64,000 nucleotides of DNA from Marsupella aquatica (lineage: Eukaryota > Plantae > Marchantiophyta): assembly GCA_973895155.1 (NCBI GenBank), contig OZ316891.1, forward strand, positions 27,041,154 through 27,105,153, read 5' to 3'. The notes below the pieces were generated by a model that was not told the origin of the DNA, searched no databases, and saw only the letters and a list, made by a program, of their open reading frames with translations. A program made the translations under genes and the position numbers. Of the stretch, positions 1-12,957 are shown in pieces (within the stretch, counting starts at the first letter, position 1; the number at the start of each line of letters is the position of its first letter).

Positions 1-160
1 GATCCCTACGAAGGCAGTTGGCCGGCTTCCCTTGCCAGGTATACCCGAGGAAAATGCTACTCAGAGCGCCACTCCTCCCACAAAAAAGAAAGTTACGTGG
101 AGCCCCGAGGTTCCGTCCGTAATAGAGCTCCCAAAGGAGTAGCCGACAGTCTGGAAACCT

Positions 161-3120
161 GTGGCCTACGATGGCACCAGACTAGAGGAATTGGAGGCTC
201 ATCTTGACCGGGCCACCAGAGACCATGTGGATGTAATCCGCAAGGAACACTATAGCAAATACACCACAAAGAGGGAGAGAACATTCAACGTCGGTTATGG
301 CCTACGAACGCCAGAGGAAAAGGCCATCCAAGAACTCCTATCGGAATATGAGGACGTCTTCGCATGGAGTCACCGAGACTTAACCGGGATTTCACCGGCC
401 TACGGCGAACACGTCATTGATCTAAACTTGGGTGCTCATGCCGTCCGAGAGAGACAACGAAGACTAAACCCAAGATATTCCATCTTGGTAAAGGAGGAGT
501 TAGATCAACTGATCGCGGCAGACATAATCTACCCCGTCTTATCTAGCGAATGGGTGTCCCCCATTGTGGTGGTTCCTAAGAAGGTAGGGCCTGATGGTAA
601 ACCCAAAATTCGAATATGCCAAGACTATCGGAAGCTCAACGACGCTACTCGGAAAGACCATTACCCGCTTCCCTACACGGATATGGTCCTTGACATGGTA
701 GCCCGAAATGAGGTATACACATTCCTAGATGGATATTTGGGTTATAACCAGATTTGGATCAGACTGTCGGACCAGCTCAAAACCACGTTCATAACGGAGT
801 GGGGAACCTACGCGTTCAGGCGGATGCCCTTTGGCTTATGCAATGCCCCGGCTATGTTCCAGCGAATCATTATGAATATTTTTCATGACTTCTTACGAGA
901 ATTTTTGGAGGTGTTCATAGACAATTTTGCCATCTTTGGAACAATCGCCCAACACCCAGAACACCTGAGGCGGACTTTGGAGCGGACCGAGAAGTAGGGT
1001 TGAAATTACACCCGGGCAAGTGCTTCTTTGGGGTTACGGAAGGAGTGCTACTAGGACACCGAGTATCCAAACGAGGGATCGAGGTGGACCAAGAAAAGGT
1101 GGGCGCGTGGATGAATGTCCCTTACCCAGCGGACCAGAAGGCGGTGCGATCCTTCTTAGGCTGCGTAGGGTACTACCGACGATTCATTCAGGATTTTGCC
1201 AAGATAGCCCTACCCCTCACAGAAATGATGAAGCAAGACGCGGTCATAGAAATGACTCCCCGTAAAAAATCAGCCTTTGACGGACTAAAAAACCAGCTAA
1301 CTATGGCTCCGATTTTGACTACCCCCGATTGGAACAAGGAGTTCCATGTGTATGTCGACGTGTCTGGGTTTTGCATCGGCTCAGTCCTAAGCCAACTGGA
1401 CGACAAAAAACGTGACCACCCCATTTACTTTGCGAGCCGACAACTATTTGCCGCAGAGAAAATCTATTCGCCCACCGATCGGGAGGCCTTGGGAATCATC
1501 TACTCGTGTAAAAAGTTTCGCCATTATCTATTGGGATATAAGGTAGTATTCCATACTGACCATGACAGCCTAAAGTACATGGTAAACAAAGCAGACTTGA
1601 CAGGGAGAATAGCTCGTTGGGTCCTGCTGCTCCAAGAATTTGACTACGAAGTCAGGGTGCGACCAGGGAAAGCACACGTGAATGCGGACTTCTTCTCAAG
1701 GATTGAAGGGGAATCAGACGACGCACCTGTCGATGATGCATTCCCTGATGAAGAATTATTTCGCGTAGAAATGGACCAACCAACGTGGTACGGGGACCTA
1801 ATCACCTTTCTCTTAACGGCCCGCATTCCAAGTAACATAAACCAAGAGGCCGCGTCGGTCTTTCTGCGCAAGGCCGCACCATACATGATGATACACGGAC
1901 ATCTGCATAAGGAAGGCGTCGATGGGAAGATCCGCAGATGCCTAGATTATAACGAGACGATCATTGTCATGCGAGCTATGCACGAGGAGGAGGCAGGAGG
2001 ACACTTTGCCCCGGTCACCACGGCTCACAAAATCTTGGACGCAGGTTATTGGTGGCCTACGCTTCATCACGACGTAGCCCATTTTATCCGAGGTTGCGAC
2101 TTGTGTTAGCGCGCGGGAAAACCCCGCAGATCGAGTAATCATCCTCTTACCCCGATCTTTCCTCTTGTCCCGTTTGAGAAATGGGGCATCGATTATATCG
2201 TACCATTCACCCCTATTACCCGAGGTCGGCGTTGCCGGTACATCCTTCTTGCTATCGACTACTCGACTAAATGGGTTGAGGCCCGGGCAACGGTCAAGGA
2301 TGACGCGGCCACCACCGCCAAGTTTGTGTACGAACAGATCTTCACCCGTTTCGGACCTCACTTGGAATTAGTCAGTGACAACGGGACTCATTTTTTGAAC
2401 GAAATGGTGGAAAAATTGACTGACCGTTACCTCGTCAAGCACAGGAAGACTACCCCTTATCATCCCAAATGTAACGGACTAGCAGAGCGGGCTAATGGCA
2501 TCGTAGGGAAAATCCTCAACAAAACCGTGGCAGCCCACAAAACAAATTGGGACGACAAACTTTTTGCGGCGGTCTATTCGTACAACTTGGCGTTTAAGAC
2601 TACTACAAACCACAGTCTGTATTTTTTGGTATTCAGACAACATGCGCTTGTACCCGTCGAGTTCGAGGTCGAGACCCCGCGGGTACGCATCCGCCACAGC
2701 TTACCAGAGGCCACTAGTTCGTGCGATCGAGCATATAAGATCGACAGTCTAGAAGAACAAAGATTGTGGGCATCGCGACGCGTAACTGCCAAGCAAGAAG
2801 CAACGAAGAAACAGTACGACAAGGGACTACGCCAGGTGGACATCACTACGGGAGATCTTGTCCTTCTGTACGGCAGTAGGTACATGTACTTTCCAGGAAA
2901 GTTACACACACGCTGGCTAGGACCTTTCGTTGTCCAGCAGATGTACCCGAACGGATCCCTCCAGCTATCAATGTACGCCGGCGACCTCTTTCCCAATCGA
3001 GTTAGTTACGATCATGTGAAGAGGTACTTTCACCAGGACAACGAGCGTAATGATGTTCGCGAGGACGCTTCACACTTGAGTGGGGAGCTATGTGACACGG
3101 GTAACGTGTCACTTAACTGA
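161..3120 (+). pseudogene. pol: Gypsy pol (RT, RNase H, integrase) with a frameshift near 990 and an in-frame TAG at 2107-2109
   Basis: Motifs: RICQDYRKLNDATRKDHYPLP, MPFGLCNAPA, VFIDN (RT); YVDVSG..IGSVLSQ, VFHTDH (RNase H); GGHF...YWWPT..CDLC, KWGID, SDNGTHF, TPYHPKCNGLAER, WLGPF (integrase). ORF 161-997 and ORF 1000-2109 are in different frames; 1000-2109 and 2326-3120 share a frame. Confidence 0.95.
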
Positions 3121-3322
3121 ACCCAGGTCGTAGATTAGGTCTTATACGGACGTTAGGACCGTAGCTGTAGCGTAGAATAGCACGTATAGCCGTCTGTTGC
3201 CATTATGAATAGATTAGGAGTAGGTTAAGATGACCAAATGATTACGAGTTCAGGAAGATGATTATTACGCGCGACCGAGGTACGGTGGCGGCAGCGGAGT
3301 AAAAATCAGTTAGAAGTCACGC

Positions 3323-5955
3323 TTGGACCGAGGCACCGACTTCAGCCCATTATCAATGACCAAAACGGCTTGGCCTTCTCACGCTCGGGCTCATCCTGGC
3401 ACCTCCATAAGAGAGGAGCCGATGGCGCTGCGGGCCATTTGCTCATTTCCACCTTTTTGGAATTTGCGAATGTTGCCATCCACTCGGCTTTCTGATCGAA
3501 TCAAGTCGACCTTTACAAGAAGATTATCGAGGGATAAGAGCGGAATAAGGCAAGATTTAGTCAGGACGAGCGAGGCCTCCACGAGAAAAAGGACCAGCCG
3601 GGTGGGAATGTGGACTCAAGGAACCGGACTACGAGGTTAGTATGACCCTTACAGCCTTGGGATTCTGGACCTTGTTTGGCGAGTAGGTGCTAAGTTCTCC
3701 GAGACTTACTGGTACTCTTGTCCCGAGAAAGCCGCTTACGAACAAAGATACGCGAAGCTGGTGACCAAGGTAACACTGGTTAATTGCGAAAGGACAGCCA
3801 TCACCAGGGATTCCAGCTACAACGAGCTGCGAGACTACATCACCGAACTATATCTCAGCGAGGAAGGGCTTAGATCGGTAGCAGAGGCGATTCTTGAAGT
3901 CCCAGCGAAGTTCTTTAAGCTGAAAGGCAGCCAGCGGCTTACTCAAGCGGAGTTCGACAAGATTCCAGGGTACCTAGACCAGCAGATCGCAGCCGAAAAG
4001 CGTCAAGAAGACATCAGCAGACAACGGGAAGCGGCACGTAATCTTACGTTCCTCGGGGAAAGCTCCAACGCCTTCAATTGGGATATGGCTACCCCAATAC
4101 CACCAGTGCCTCGGCCGATGACCACTGGCGTACCGCCAAACCGGTCCCAAGTCCGTCCAGTGATCAACACAGAGTGTTCTTCGGGTTCCGAGCGAGTTAG
4201 TCCGCAACTCGAACAACATTCGCGTAAGCGGCCAAGGACGATGACGGCCCCCGAATCAACAACACAAACCAACGCTGCGCCTGCACCTGCCCCAAAAAAC
4301 CCCCCGGCCAACCAGAACCGACGGCCCGCGGATAACCCAAAGTCCAACTTATTACAGGTAATCCGCGTCCCCGAGTAGTCTGGATCGCGATCAAGAAACT
4401 CGATCACGCAGACTATCTGAAGGAGCATCAGTTGGAGCAGTTCGCTCACTTGCTATGGAGACCGTGCGCCGCCGGGTCGAAGGAGATTTTTGAGTTCATC
4501 TCCAATTTCGACACTGACGCATCGACCACCAAGGTTTTGGGACAGGCCTTATCACTCATGGAGCATCGGTTAACGCAAATCTTCTGCCTGCCAACCGGGC
4601 CGGTGCCGATTGAACTCCGAATTCGGGATAAGGAGTATACACCACGGCACTTCAAACCCGAGGGTAAGACGGACAACGGATACAAGCAGGGGTCGTGCAC
4701 CAACTTAATCTGCATGGAGCGTCTTAACTTCATACGGACTACCTTACACATGATTGAGCCACGATCCGAGATTTCCCTCTGCACGATCGTGCAGGTGGAA
4801 CAGTACAAACGGCGGAACTGGGCCCAATTCTTCTACCAAAGATTCTTGGGGGAGCTGAAGCGGGCTCAGGGTGGTATGGCTATTGGGGGGAAAACTTACT
4901 TGGGAAGTCATATCGCCATTATCCTCGCCTGGTACAAGGCACGGCGGGAGGCCAGAGGAAAGAATATGGCCACCTCAGCCCCGACTAATGTCACCCCCAC
5001 CCCAGAGGAGGCAACCCCGAGCGCGCACACTACCGTCCCTCGGGCAAACCCCGAGCCGGAAGCCCTGACTAATATTCCGCCACCTCCTCCTATGGAAATT
5101 CCGCCGCCCCCTTCCGTCGAGCCTCCGCTACCCGCAGTACAACCACCCCCAATCCCTCCACCACCTGAAGAAACCTTCCCTTCCCCAGCGCAGACTACGG
5201 AGGAGCTCGTTGCCCCGCCCGAGGAACCACCAGTACCCGAGAGGATGGAGGACTACCAAGTAGCCCCGGGGACCATGGCCTACGACCTGGTCCAGAAGTT
5301 TAGCCAGACTATGTCTGGGGAGCTGGCGACGTACATCGGACAACAAGTCTTGGCGTACTTTCAACCAGCCTTCTTCATGTTAGAGCACCAACCACGGATT
5401 GTAAGCCGCTTGGAAGAAGAACTCATGGCGAAGGGGAATGAGATCGGGCGCCTCCAGATGCTGGTAGAGCACCTCGAGGAGGAGGCCACTACCCGCCGCG
5501 AGGAGTTAGTCCGCACCGTCGAACAGAGGGACAGACTAACCCAGGAGTTAAGCGGAGCGCAAGCAGATCTCAAGAAGCTGGACGACACCGTGCTTCAATT
5601 ACGCTCAGAATCTTTGGCTCGGGTTACCAGCCTGACCAACCTCAACAAACAATTCCCGCAGGCAGCGCAGCAGGTGGCTAGTCTCTCCGCCAAACGGGAT
5701 AAATTGCTGGCGCAGGACCAGATCCATCGCGACTCCATTAACCAGCTCAACCTGGAGGTAGCGCGGCTCTTGACCGAGGCCAATGAAGCTGCAAACGAGG
5801 CGAAGGAGGCGGTGCAGGACAACAAGGCCTTGCAGGACCGCGTTACCCTGCTCGTCCTCCAGCGGGGAAAACCTGGGCCCACCTCTGATCAAGGCGGCTC
5901 GAGGTCTCGCCTTGACAAGGGGACCAGCCCTGGTCCAACCACAGCACCCACGTAA
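3323..5955 (+). pseudogene. Retrotransposon extra ORF(s): unknown N-terminal region, then an Athila-ORF1/plant-mobile-domain-like segment, Pro-rich linker and long coiled coil
   Basis: ORFs 3323-3640 and 3761-4378 share a frame, separated by a single TAG. The 4432-5955 frame is open from ~4336, suggesting a frameshift near the A/C run at ~4292-4305. Contains IFEFISNF..TKVLGQALSL..LTQIFCLPTG, PPPP tracts and a heptad-rich C-terminal half. Confidence 0.65.
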
Positions 5956-7105
5956 GGGGTGGTTAGCGAAGGGTGGAAGCAGGCGCCGCACGAGGCAGTT
6001 AAGTCAGCGGCATCTTTCGGTTAGGTGCAGCGACAGAATGGCTGTCATTAGGCGCCGATTAGCGGTAGTAGGAAGAATTAGGGCCGGATCAGTTAGGATC
6101 AGCCAACGTAGGATGGAGTCCATCAACAGACTAGATTTTTGTCAGTAGGCTTGGCCGCTGCCATCCCGGTCGGCACCCTCGTCATCAACGGTCAACCAGT
6201 CAGTGCGGCACGGCCAGTAGTCAGAAGGTAGTTAGGCAGTAGGTAGTATCCCGGAAGGTAGTATCCTCTGGTTCTCTTCCACAAACTGTAGTATTTAGGC
6301 TTCCCCTTCCGCTATGGAAGGGGGAGAAAGCTTAGTTATCTCAGCGGAAGAAAGGTGAAGCACGGGGAGTCCCGGCCTAAGCAGGGTCAGAGCGCACCAA
6401 GGAGTGAGAGCCAGAGTCGAGCTTGCTGGGCAAGTGCGAGGCGGGGCCTCGTAGAGACTGGGCATCGACTGCCGTTGGGCCTGCTGACCCCCTTTGAAGT
6501 CGAGTCAACCATGTAAACTGATGCTTCGCTAAGTAAACGTAGTCTTTTCCCTCTAATGTTTCCGCAAGTAATTGGTGTTGTGAGTATGCTTTGTCTGGGC
6601 AAAGGCACCATTTTAAGGGACGTACCGGGTGCGGACTAATGGTAGGGATTGCCACCCATTGTATGTCACAAGGTTCTGTCGCATCGATGGCTTGAAAAGC
6701 CCCAAGCCGGGAGTTAGTCCGAGTCACTAACTGAGGGAGGATTCCAGCGGTGGAAAATAAAAGATACCTATGACTAGTACGAATTGCTTAAGTGTTATAC
6801 CAGTAAGTATATCGGCTTAGCCCGACTTAGGGCTAATTGGGGCCACTACACACCTCCTTGCCCGAACCCTCACCACTACTGGTGGTCGAGGTTGCGCCAT
6901 GGCACTAAACTGGATTTAAGGCCCAGGTTAGGAACGCGACAATTTTGTTGAAGGCTATGGGCCATAACCCCCTCAGCCAACTGGTGCACCTTGTCTTTGT
7001 CGGGGACCATGGGCTCTAACCTCCTGGGGCTCACCTTGTTAAGGATTACAACCCCTCACCCCTCACCCCCCCCCCCGGCGCCCCCAAAAGGAATGTATTA
7101 ACCTA

Positions 7106-7881
7106 CACTGTCCACCATAATTAGTGTGACCAGCACTAATTTGAGAGCACCAATTTTCAGGGTCTACTCGCCGAATGAGTGTTAGTCACACTAATTTTGT
7201 GCTAACAATATTTGATGCACATGAATTAGTGTTAATGTGGTCTCAAGAGTGGAAAAGTGGTCTCAAAAGTGGTCTCAACAGTTTTTTGACATTGGTTTGG
7301 TGCTTTTTGAGGCGGCGGACCACCTCTCTGCTGTGGGCCGCCGGTCCCCTCCGGATCAAAAACTCACTCACCTGCTTTGTGCCAAAGCGTGGATTGATGA
7401 CCAGCGTAGGAACTGGCTCCAGCTTGGGGGTGGTCGCATCACTTCCGGTTGACCCTGTTATTAGGCTGCTGAGGGCTTCTGTTGCTTCTGCTGCCCCTGG
7501 TGCTTCCTTTGGCATCTGGTTTCTGTGAAATTAGGTTCCTTTTGTTTATTATTGCATTGCACTGCGCCTTCTGTGGCTGCTTGTTCGCCCTTGCCGTGGG
7601 GTTTATCGTGGCCGACAAACTTATAAAGTTAAAAATCATTCCGAGGAAGAGTGGAAAACTAGAGGGAAAAATTGCATTAAAAAATTCACAAGAATTAGTG
7701 TTACTTGGACATCCATTTTTACATCCATTTTTACATCCATTTTTACATCCATTTTTACTAGTAATTTAAAAACAAAAGTGGAACAACAAATCATGTTGGA
7801 AAACAAACAAAATTAGTGTTACTTGGACTCAAAATTAGTTTTACCAAAATTAGTGTAAAACACTAATTACTCTGAACAATG
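7106..7881. mobile_element. Non-autonomous TIR element with TA target duplication (Tc1/mariner-like)
   Basis: TA|CACTGTCCACCATAATTAGTG at the left end and CACTAATTACTCTGAACAATG|TA at the right end form an imperfect ~21-bp inverted repeat. Many internal AATTAGTGT/ACACTAATT subterminal motifs. Confidence 0.7.
7709..7758. repeat. Tandem repeat (ACATCCATTTTT)x4
   Basis: Four exact 12-bp units read directly. Confidence 0.95.
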
Positions 7882-10230
7882 TACTTTTAAATCCTTCTTA
7901 GAGTTGTTATCGAATGGTTATGAGCAGTACTTCCCCCACTACCAGGCCCAAGGGTTATGATTTCAGCCCTAGCTCCCATCTTGAGAGTTATGAATTTAAG
8001 AAATAACTCTCAGCTCAAAATAGAGCAAATTAAATTGCACTTGGGGGCTACTCTTGTGAACCCATGGCCACTTAGGTATTAAAATTTTCAACACCTTGGG
8101 TCCATGGTTTCATCCTGCACGTAATTCTCTTCATGATATTTTCAACCTCTGGCGTTTTGGGGGACGTTATATCCCCCAATGCTCTGGAATGACTTTACTA
8201 TGTACATAATCCTTCGATAGCAGCTTTTGAGAAAACAGCCTCTCAGGGGACAAGGGACACAATAATAATGAATGCGCATGAGCAGGTGTTGCATGGGGAC
8301 GTTAGTGACCGTGTTCACTGACTTTACTATTCCCGGAAACCAGGGAGTGGAGAGCCTATTTTTAGTATCGCGCGGCACACTGTAGCGAGGTTGATGTCAT
8401 GATTGGAGAACAATTTTTGAATTCTGCTCGGGATTTAAGAACACTGTCTTTTGGAGGGATTTACGGCTTGAGTTCAAATTTTCTTATTACAGGAACGTGC
8501 CGTACAAGAACAACACTTATCTCGGCAGATGACAACTGCACGACCACTGTTGGTGTAGGAGTGTTGTCAGGAGTTCAGTCCGTGCCGGCGTCAGAAACTT
8601 GAGGGATCGATGAGATCGAAACCGCGTGGATTTCCGATCGGCAAACCGTTCTCTCACTCTCCTTCAACAATTCTGTCAGCCTCCTACTAGTGTATGTATC
8701 GATGGGGAAGCGATGTGCCGCGACAATCTTTGGGAGATTGCTTTTGGTATCAGAGTCGGGCTTGTTTCACTGAGGCAGTAATGTAGCGTTGTCGTGCTGG
8801 GAATTTGAAGGTGAACGTGAAACACGGTCGTGCTCATCACTCTGCATACCGTTTTTCCGAATATTGAATGATAGCCATCCAAATTTGAATTTTGAATGAC
8901 TTCCTGGCATTCGATTCGAAACGAAGCAGTTGTCTGACCACTGGTGGTGCCGCCCACGGATCACGGAAGTCATGGGATTTGCGCGGTGTTTTCAAACTGG
9001 ATCTTTGAGGTTTCGGAGGATCGTTGCTTACCTAGCCTAGGGGAAATCCTGAAGGCTCGGTATTAATAATATTTCTGAGGCCGAAGCAATCTCAACTGAC
9101 AGTAATTAGTAATGACACACAGGTTGTCGAGTGTCCACACTCTGTAGGCAACGTCCCATCAACACACACATGTTTCCCTTGGACAAATCGGGTCTGCCCA
9201 TTCACAATTATATCCATAATTATACTTCGCATCGGGAAGGATTTCGTCACTTTTCTTTCACAGGTTTTATACATTGAAATTTGAGCAACGTACTACATGT
9301 TGCTTCCGTCCGCGTCGGAGTGGAAAGGGTTCCGCCAAGCTTGCTATGGAAGAATCAGCATTACCGTGCACAGGAATATAAGTACAAGTGTTCAAAGTCG
9401 TTTGGCTAGGTCTCCAGAAGGACAGTTGTAACGGAGTTGACAAATCATTATCTCGTTTGCTCACTATGTATTCTCCCAACCTTAGTTCGGGATTATTACA
9501 CTGCCACGGAAGAACACAATCCAATTTGTGAATGTTGTAACCAGGCATCCACAATAACTAACTGCTGTTCCTTTTTCCTCACAAGTAATCGTCGACAAAC
9601 ATTGCGTATATTGTTCAGAATGGAGCAGACCATCGACAAAAATGAGCAATTCACAGTACAAGATGGATTGATAATCGATTGAACAATGCCCATAAAACGG
9701 GCACGCCAAGTGCTTTTTTAACATCCAAAACTTAGGATACTCTGCCGGTAGCCATACGAACTGCGGTGACGTCCTCTATACAATTTTCCTACATTTAACA
9801 ATGGGTCTGATAAGGTACAAGAATGTACATCACTGTAAGTAACATTCTACATTCCTGAACTGGTAAAAATGCAGCGTGAGAGGTGAATGACACCTTTCGC
9901 AACCCACGCACACTACGCGATGGAAGAGGGTTCCAAGCAATTACAGGGGCATGTAATCTCGACTCACGACTGTTCGAGTTCACGCCCCTTGCGTGACCAG
10001 CCTGGACCACAGTCGGAATTTTGTACACTACAATGTTCGCGAGGATTATCAAGACCTGCTTGGCAATTACATACCCTGTGTATGAGTTTGCAAGGGCGGA
10101 AGGCGATTAGTTTTGCGCTAAGACATCTCAATCACGTTACATTCTATAAGGGATTCTCTGACCTGATCGTGTCAGGACACCTAAAAGTAAAAGTAAGATT
10201 TGTTGATTCTCGTTGGCAACAATCTCCAGC

Positions 10231-11239
10231 TCACTTCTTCGCCTTCTTTGAAACTGGCCCTGTGCTGGCCGATCTCCTTGTGGTTGAGGGCTTAGTCTTC
10301 GGAGACTTCGCCGGCTTGGGAGACTTCGCTGACTTAATTGTCTTCACTGTCTTCTTCGGTGTTGTGGCCTTCTTCGGTGTACTCGCCTTCTTAGGCGCAG
10401 GCACCGGAATTTTTCTCGGGGCTGGAGCTTTCCTCTTTGCAGGCTTCTCTGGAGTTGAAACCTTCTCCTTGGCTGGAGCCTTCACAGGCTTCGAAGGCTT
10501 TACGGGCTTCACCTCCTTCGTTGCCTTCGCAGTAGCAGGCTTCACCTTGTTTACCTTCGTTGTTTTTGTTGTTGCCTTCTTCACAAGCTTGGGAGAGGCG
10601 ACTCCGTTGGCTGCTTTGGTCTTGGAAACTGTCTTAGGCCGTCCAGCAGTCTTCTTAACCTCCTTCGACGCGCCTGAAGCCTTGATCGTCTTCACTGTAC
10701 TCGGTGCCTTCGGAACCTTTGCCTTCGGCACCTTCTTCAACTCTTCCGACAACTTGAAAGAGTTCTTCACCTTTGTCAACTTCCCACTCTTCGTCAAATT
10801 CTTTAGCTGAACGGACAAAGTCTTCTTGAAGTTCGGAGAAAGGCCACTCTTGTACTTATCCTCCAAGTACTTTGCAATCGCGTATTGACTCGATCCTGTT
10901 CTCTCCTTGAGAGAAGCAATCGCTTCCTTGATCATCTGCACATACCAAAGAACGTAGATCAACAAACCAATCACTTCCACATCCCATCAAAATTAACAGA
11001 ATCCAACACAACAGCACTGATTTGATCTAGAAATGCAATTGAGGAACTTGATATACCTGCAAGTATGTTGGATGCGCAGCGGGAGCCTTCGGGACTTTGG
11101 GCTTCTTCTCCTTGGGAACTTTCACCTTCTTCTCCTTCACTGCCTTCTCAGGCTTCTCGGCAGCCTCCGTAGCAGGAGCTATCTCGGCCGGAGTGTTGGT
11201 AACCGGCTCTGCAACAGCGGAAACCTCGGTGGTGGCCAT
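10231..11239 (-). CDS. H1: Histone H1 (linker histone), 2 exons: 11239-11057 and 10935-10231, ~295 aa
   Basis: MATTEVSAV... N-tail; globular domain HPTYLQ|MIKEAIASLKERTGSSQYAIAKYLEDKYK...GKLTKVKNSFKL; K/A/P-rich tail with SPK/TPKK motifs; GT-AG phase-0 intron at 11056-10936. Confidence 0.97.
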
Positions 11240-11367
11240 GGTCGTTCGTTCGTTCCAACCAATCAATCAATCCCACCTACCAGCGTGCCTGCTCGACAGA
11301 GATCGATCGATCACTTCACAGCTGCGAAACGGAGGAAGGAATTCCTCGACGTAAGTCGCAAAATTTG

Positions 11368-11437
11368 ATCGCTCGCTCGCTCCGCTCAATCGATCAATCG
11401 ATCAATCAATCAATCTAATCAGTCACTCACTCACTCG
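11368..11437. repeat. Compound microsatellite (TCGC/TCAA/TCAC) in the presumed H1 5' UTR
   Basis: Short tetranucleotide runs read directly. Confidence 0.75.
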
Positions 11438-11779
11438 CAGCAATCAGCCGAGCTGAACGAAAGAAGCGAAGCCTAGGCTATCCCAGCGAAGACGTCGAAA
11501 ATCGACGACGACACGAATGAACGGATTTTCAGTGTCGTAAAATTTCAAAACCAAATATTAGCCCCGAAATTGGTTAAACCCAAAATGTCACAAAATGATC
11601 GCTTCGCTTACTCAAATACTCACAACGACGACGAACACAAACAGAGTAGAGCTAAAATAGGATGCGAGTGAGAAAAAATTTAAGAGCTACAAAGGCTAAG
11701 TAGACGAGACTGGCGACGAACGAAGAGCGCGCCCGCCCTCCGGTTTTGCTATTGGGGCCGCGGACACAAGGGAGGCCTG

Positions 11780-11809
11780 TGATTGGCGGAGGGCACATAG
11801 GCACGGATC
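11780..11809 (-). promoter_or_regulatory. Plant histone type-III octamer composite element
   Basis: Minus strand reads GATCCGTG-N14-GCCAATCA, matching the consensus GATCCGCG-N14-ACCAATCA with exact 14-nt spacing, ~540 bp upstream of the H1 ATG. Confidence 0.8.
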
Positions 11810-12859
11810 GATGATTTTACGAAGATTAGTAGTTTTCCGTCCGATCTGAGTTAATCGACGGTTCTTTACTGCGCTCTTTACACTGACAGAGGACCCGGCG
11901 TCTCGTACTGAGGGATCCTAGTTCGTTCTCATCCGCTCCAGCATTGTGAACCAGCATTTGAAGTTTTATGCACCTTCCAGACCTCAGGTTGGTGTGCTTT
12001 CCACTTCACTTTTCCACCATCAATCTTGCAGTATATGTGGCCAAAATCTGATTTCTTTGGCTTGAAATGAAGACCAGGAGCTAGGCTATCTATTACAACC
12101 TATACCAAGACCTCTAATAAAGAAATGAGACTATGGTACTGTGTCAAAGTGAGGCAACCCATATTGCGTTCGAAACGAAGGGTGTTGAGGTTTTGTTGAT
12201 ATCTCAAGATCTATATGAGCATCAAATCTAGTTTTTTTTTGGTAGGCGTGTTTCTAGGTCACCTTACTCCATGCTCAAGGATTTCCAGGAACAAATCTAG
12301 ACTAAGATTATGTCAAAATCAATGCTAAACGGCAACACCAAACACACGAGAAGAGAAGGTCTTCCAAACCTTTCCATTTCATGGTCCTTGGTGCATCTAA
12401 AGTGAAGCACATGGCTCCCTCACTTCAAAAACATGGGGATCTTCATTATTCATTAAAATCCTGCTAATGTTTGAGTGAGTTGGCATTCAAAATCACAACA
12501 AAAGTTGGACAATAGCCACTTGAGCACTTTGAGGTGGTTGGTTCCTTTGCAAACATGTTCCTTGCCCTCACCATTGAAGAAATCCTTATTCTTGGTTCCA
12601 AAAGTGTTTTGCAATACATCCCTGAGATGAATCTGTGAAAGTTTGTGAGACCCTCGATGCTTACCAGGCAACTTACTACGGATAAATAGAAGACCTTGAC
12701 CATAGAACTCCTTGCCAAAATACAAACAACAAAATCTTTCCAAGTTGAACTTCTTGTCTTGGGCTCTAGGAATGTTCATATCCATCTTGATTGGAGTTCT
12801 TCATTGCCTCCTAGCCCCCAAAAAGATTCAAATAGTAATCTCTCCCTAAAGCAATTCAA

Positions 12860-12957
12860 TGAGCCGACCTAGGTTCAATCCAAAGTTGAAGTTAATTAAG
12901 AACTAAAGTAAGGATCCAAGTGGTGATTCAAGCAGAACAACTTTGCAGCTATGATTC
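12860..12957. repeat. ~95-bp dispersed repeat, copy 1 (copy 2 at ~14440-14532)
   Basis: Both copies share TTCAATCCAAAGTTGAAGTTAA...AAAGTAAGGAT...TTCAAGCAGAA.AACTTTGCAGCTATGATT. Confidence 0.8.

Larger units (their letters stand above)
1..6850 (+). mobile_element. 3' part of a Ty3/Gypsy (non-chromovirus, Athila/Tat-like) LTR retrotransposon with extra ORFs; right boundary tentative
   Basis: RT-RNaseH-integrase order in 1-3120; PPT-like GAGTGGGGAG then TGTGAC at ~3078-3096; LTR-end-like GGGGCCACTACA ending at 6850. The 5' LTR is outside the window, so LTR limits cannot be confirmed. Confidence 0.8.

Noticed and set aside
6287-6850. TGTAGT...ACTACA as a solo or short LTR
   Set aside because: No PPT before 6287 and no matching TSD (CAAAC vs CACCT); kept only as an alternative boundary.
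8100-9800. Short ORFs suggesting a decayed gene
   Set aside because: No recognisable motif in any frame; cannot support a call.
9887-10810. 307-aa hydrophobic plus-strand ORF
   Set aside because: It is the antisense shadow of the Lys-rich histone H1 exon.
12450-12790. Possible LINE RT remnant
   Set aside because: Similarity is too weak to support.
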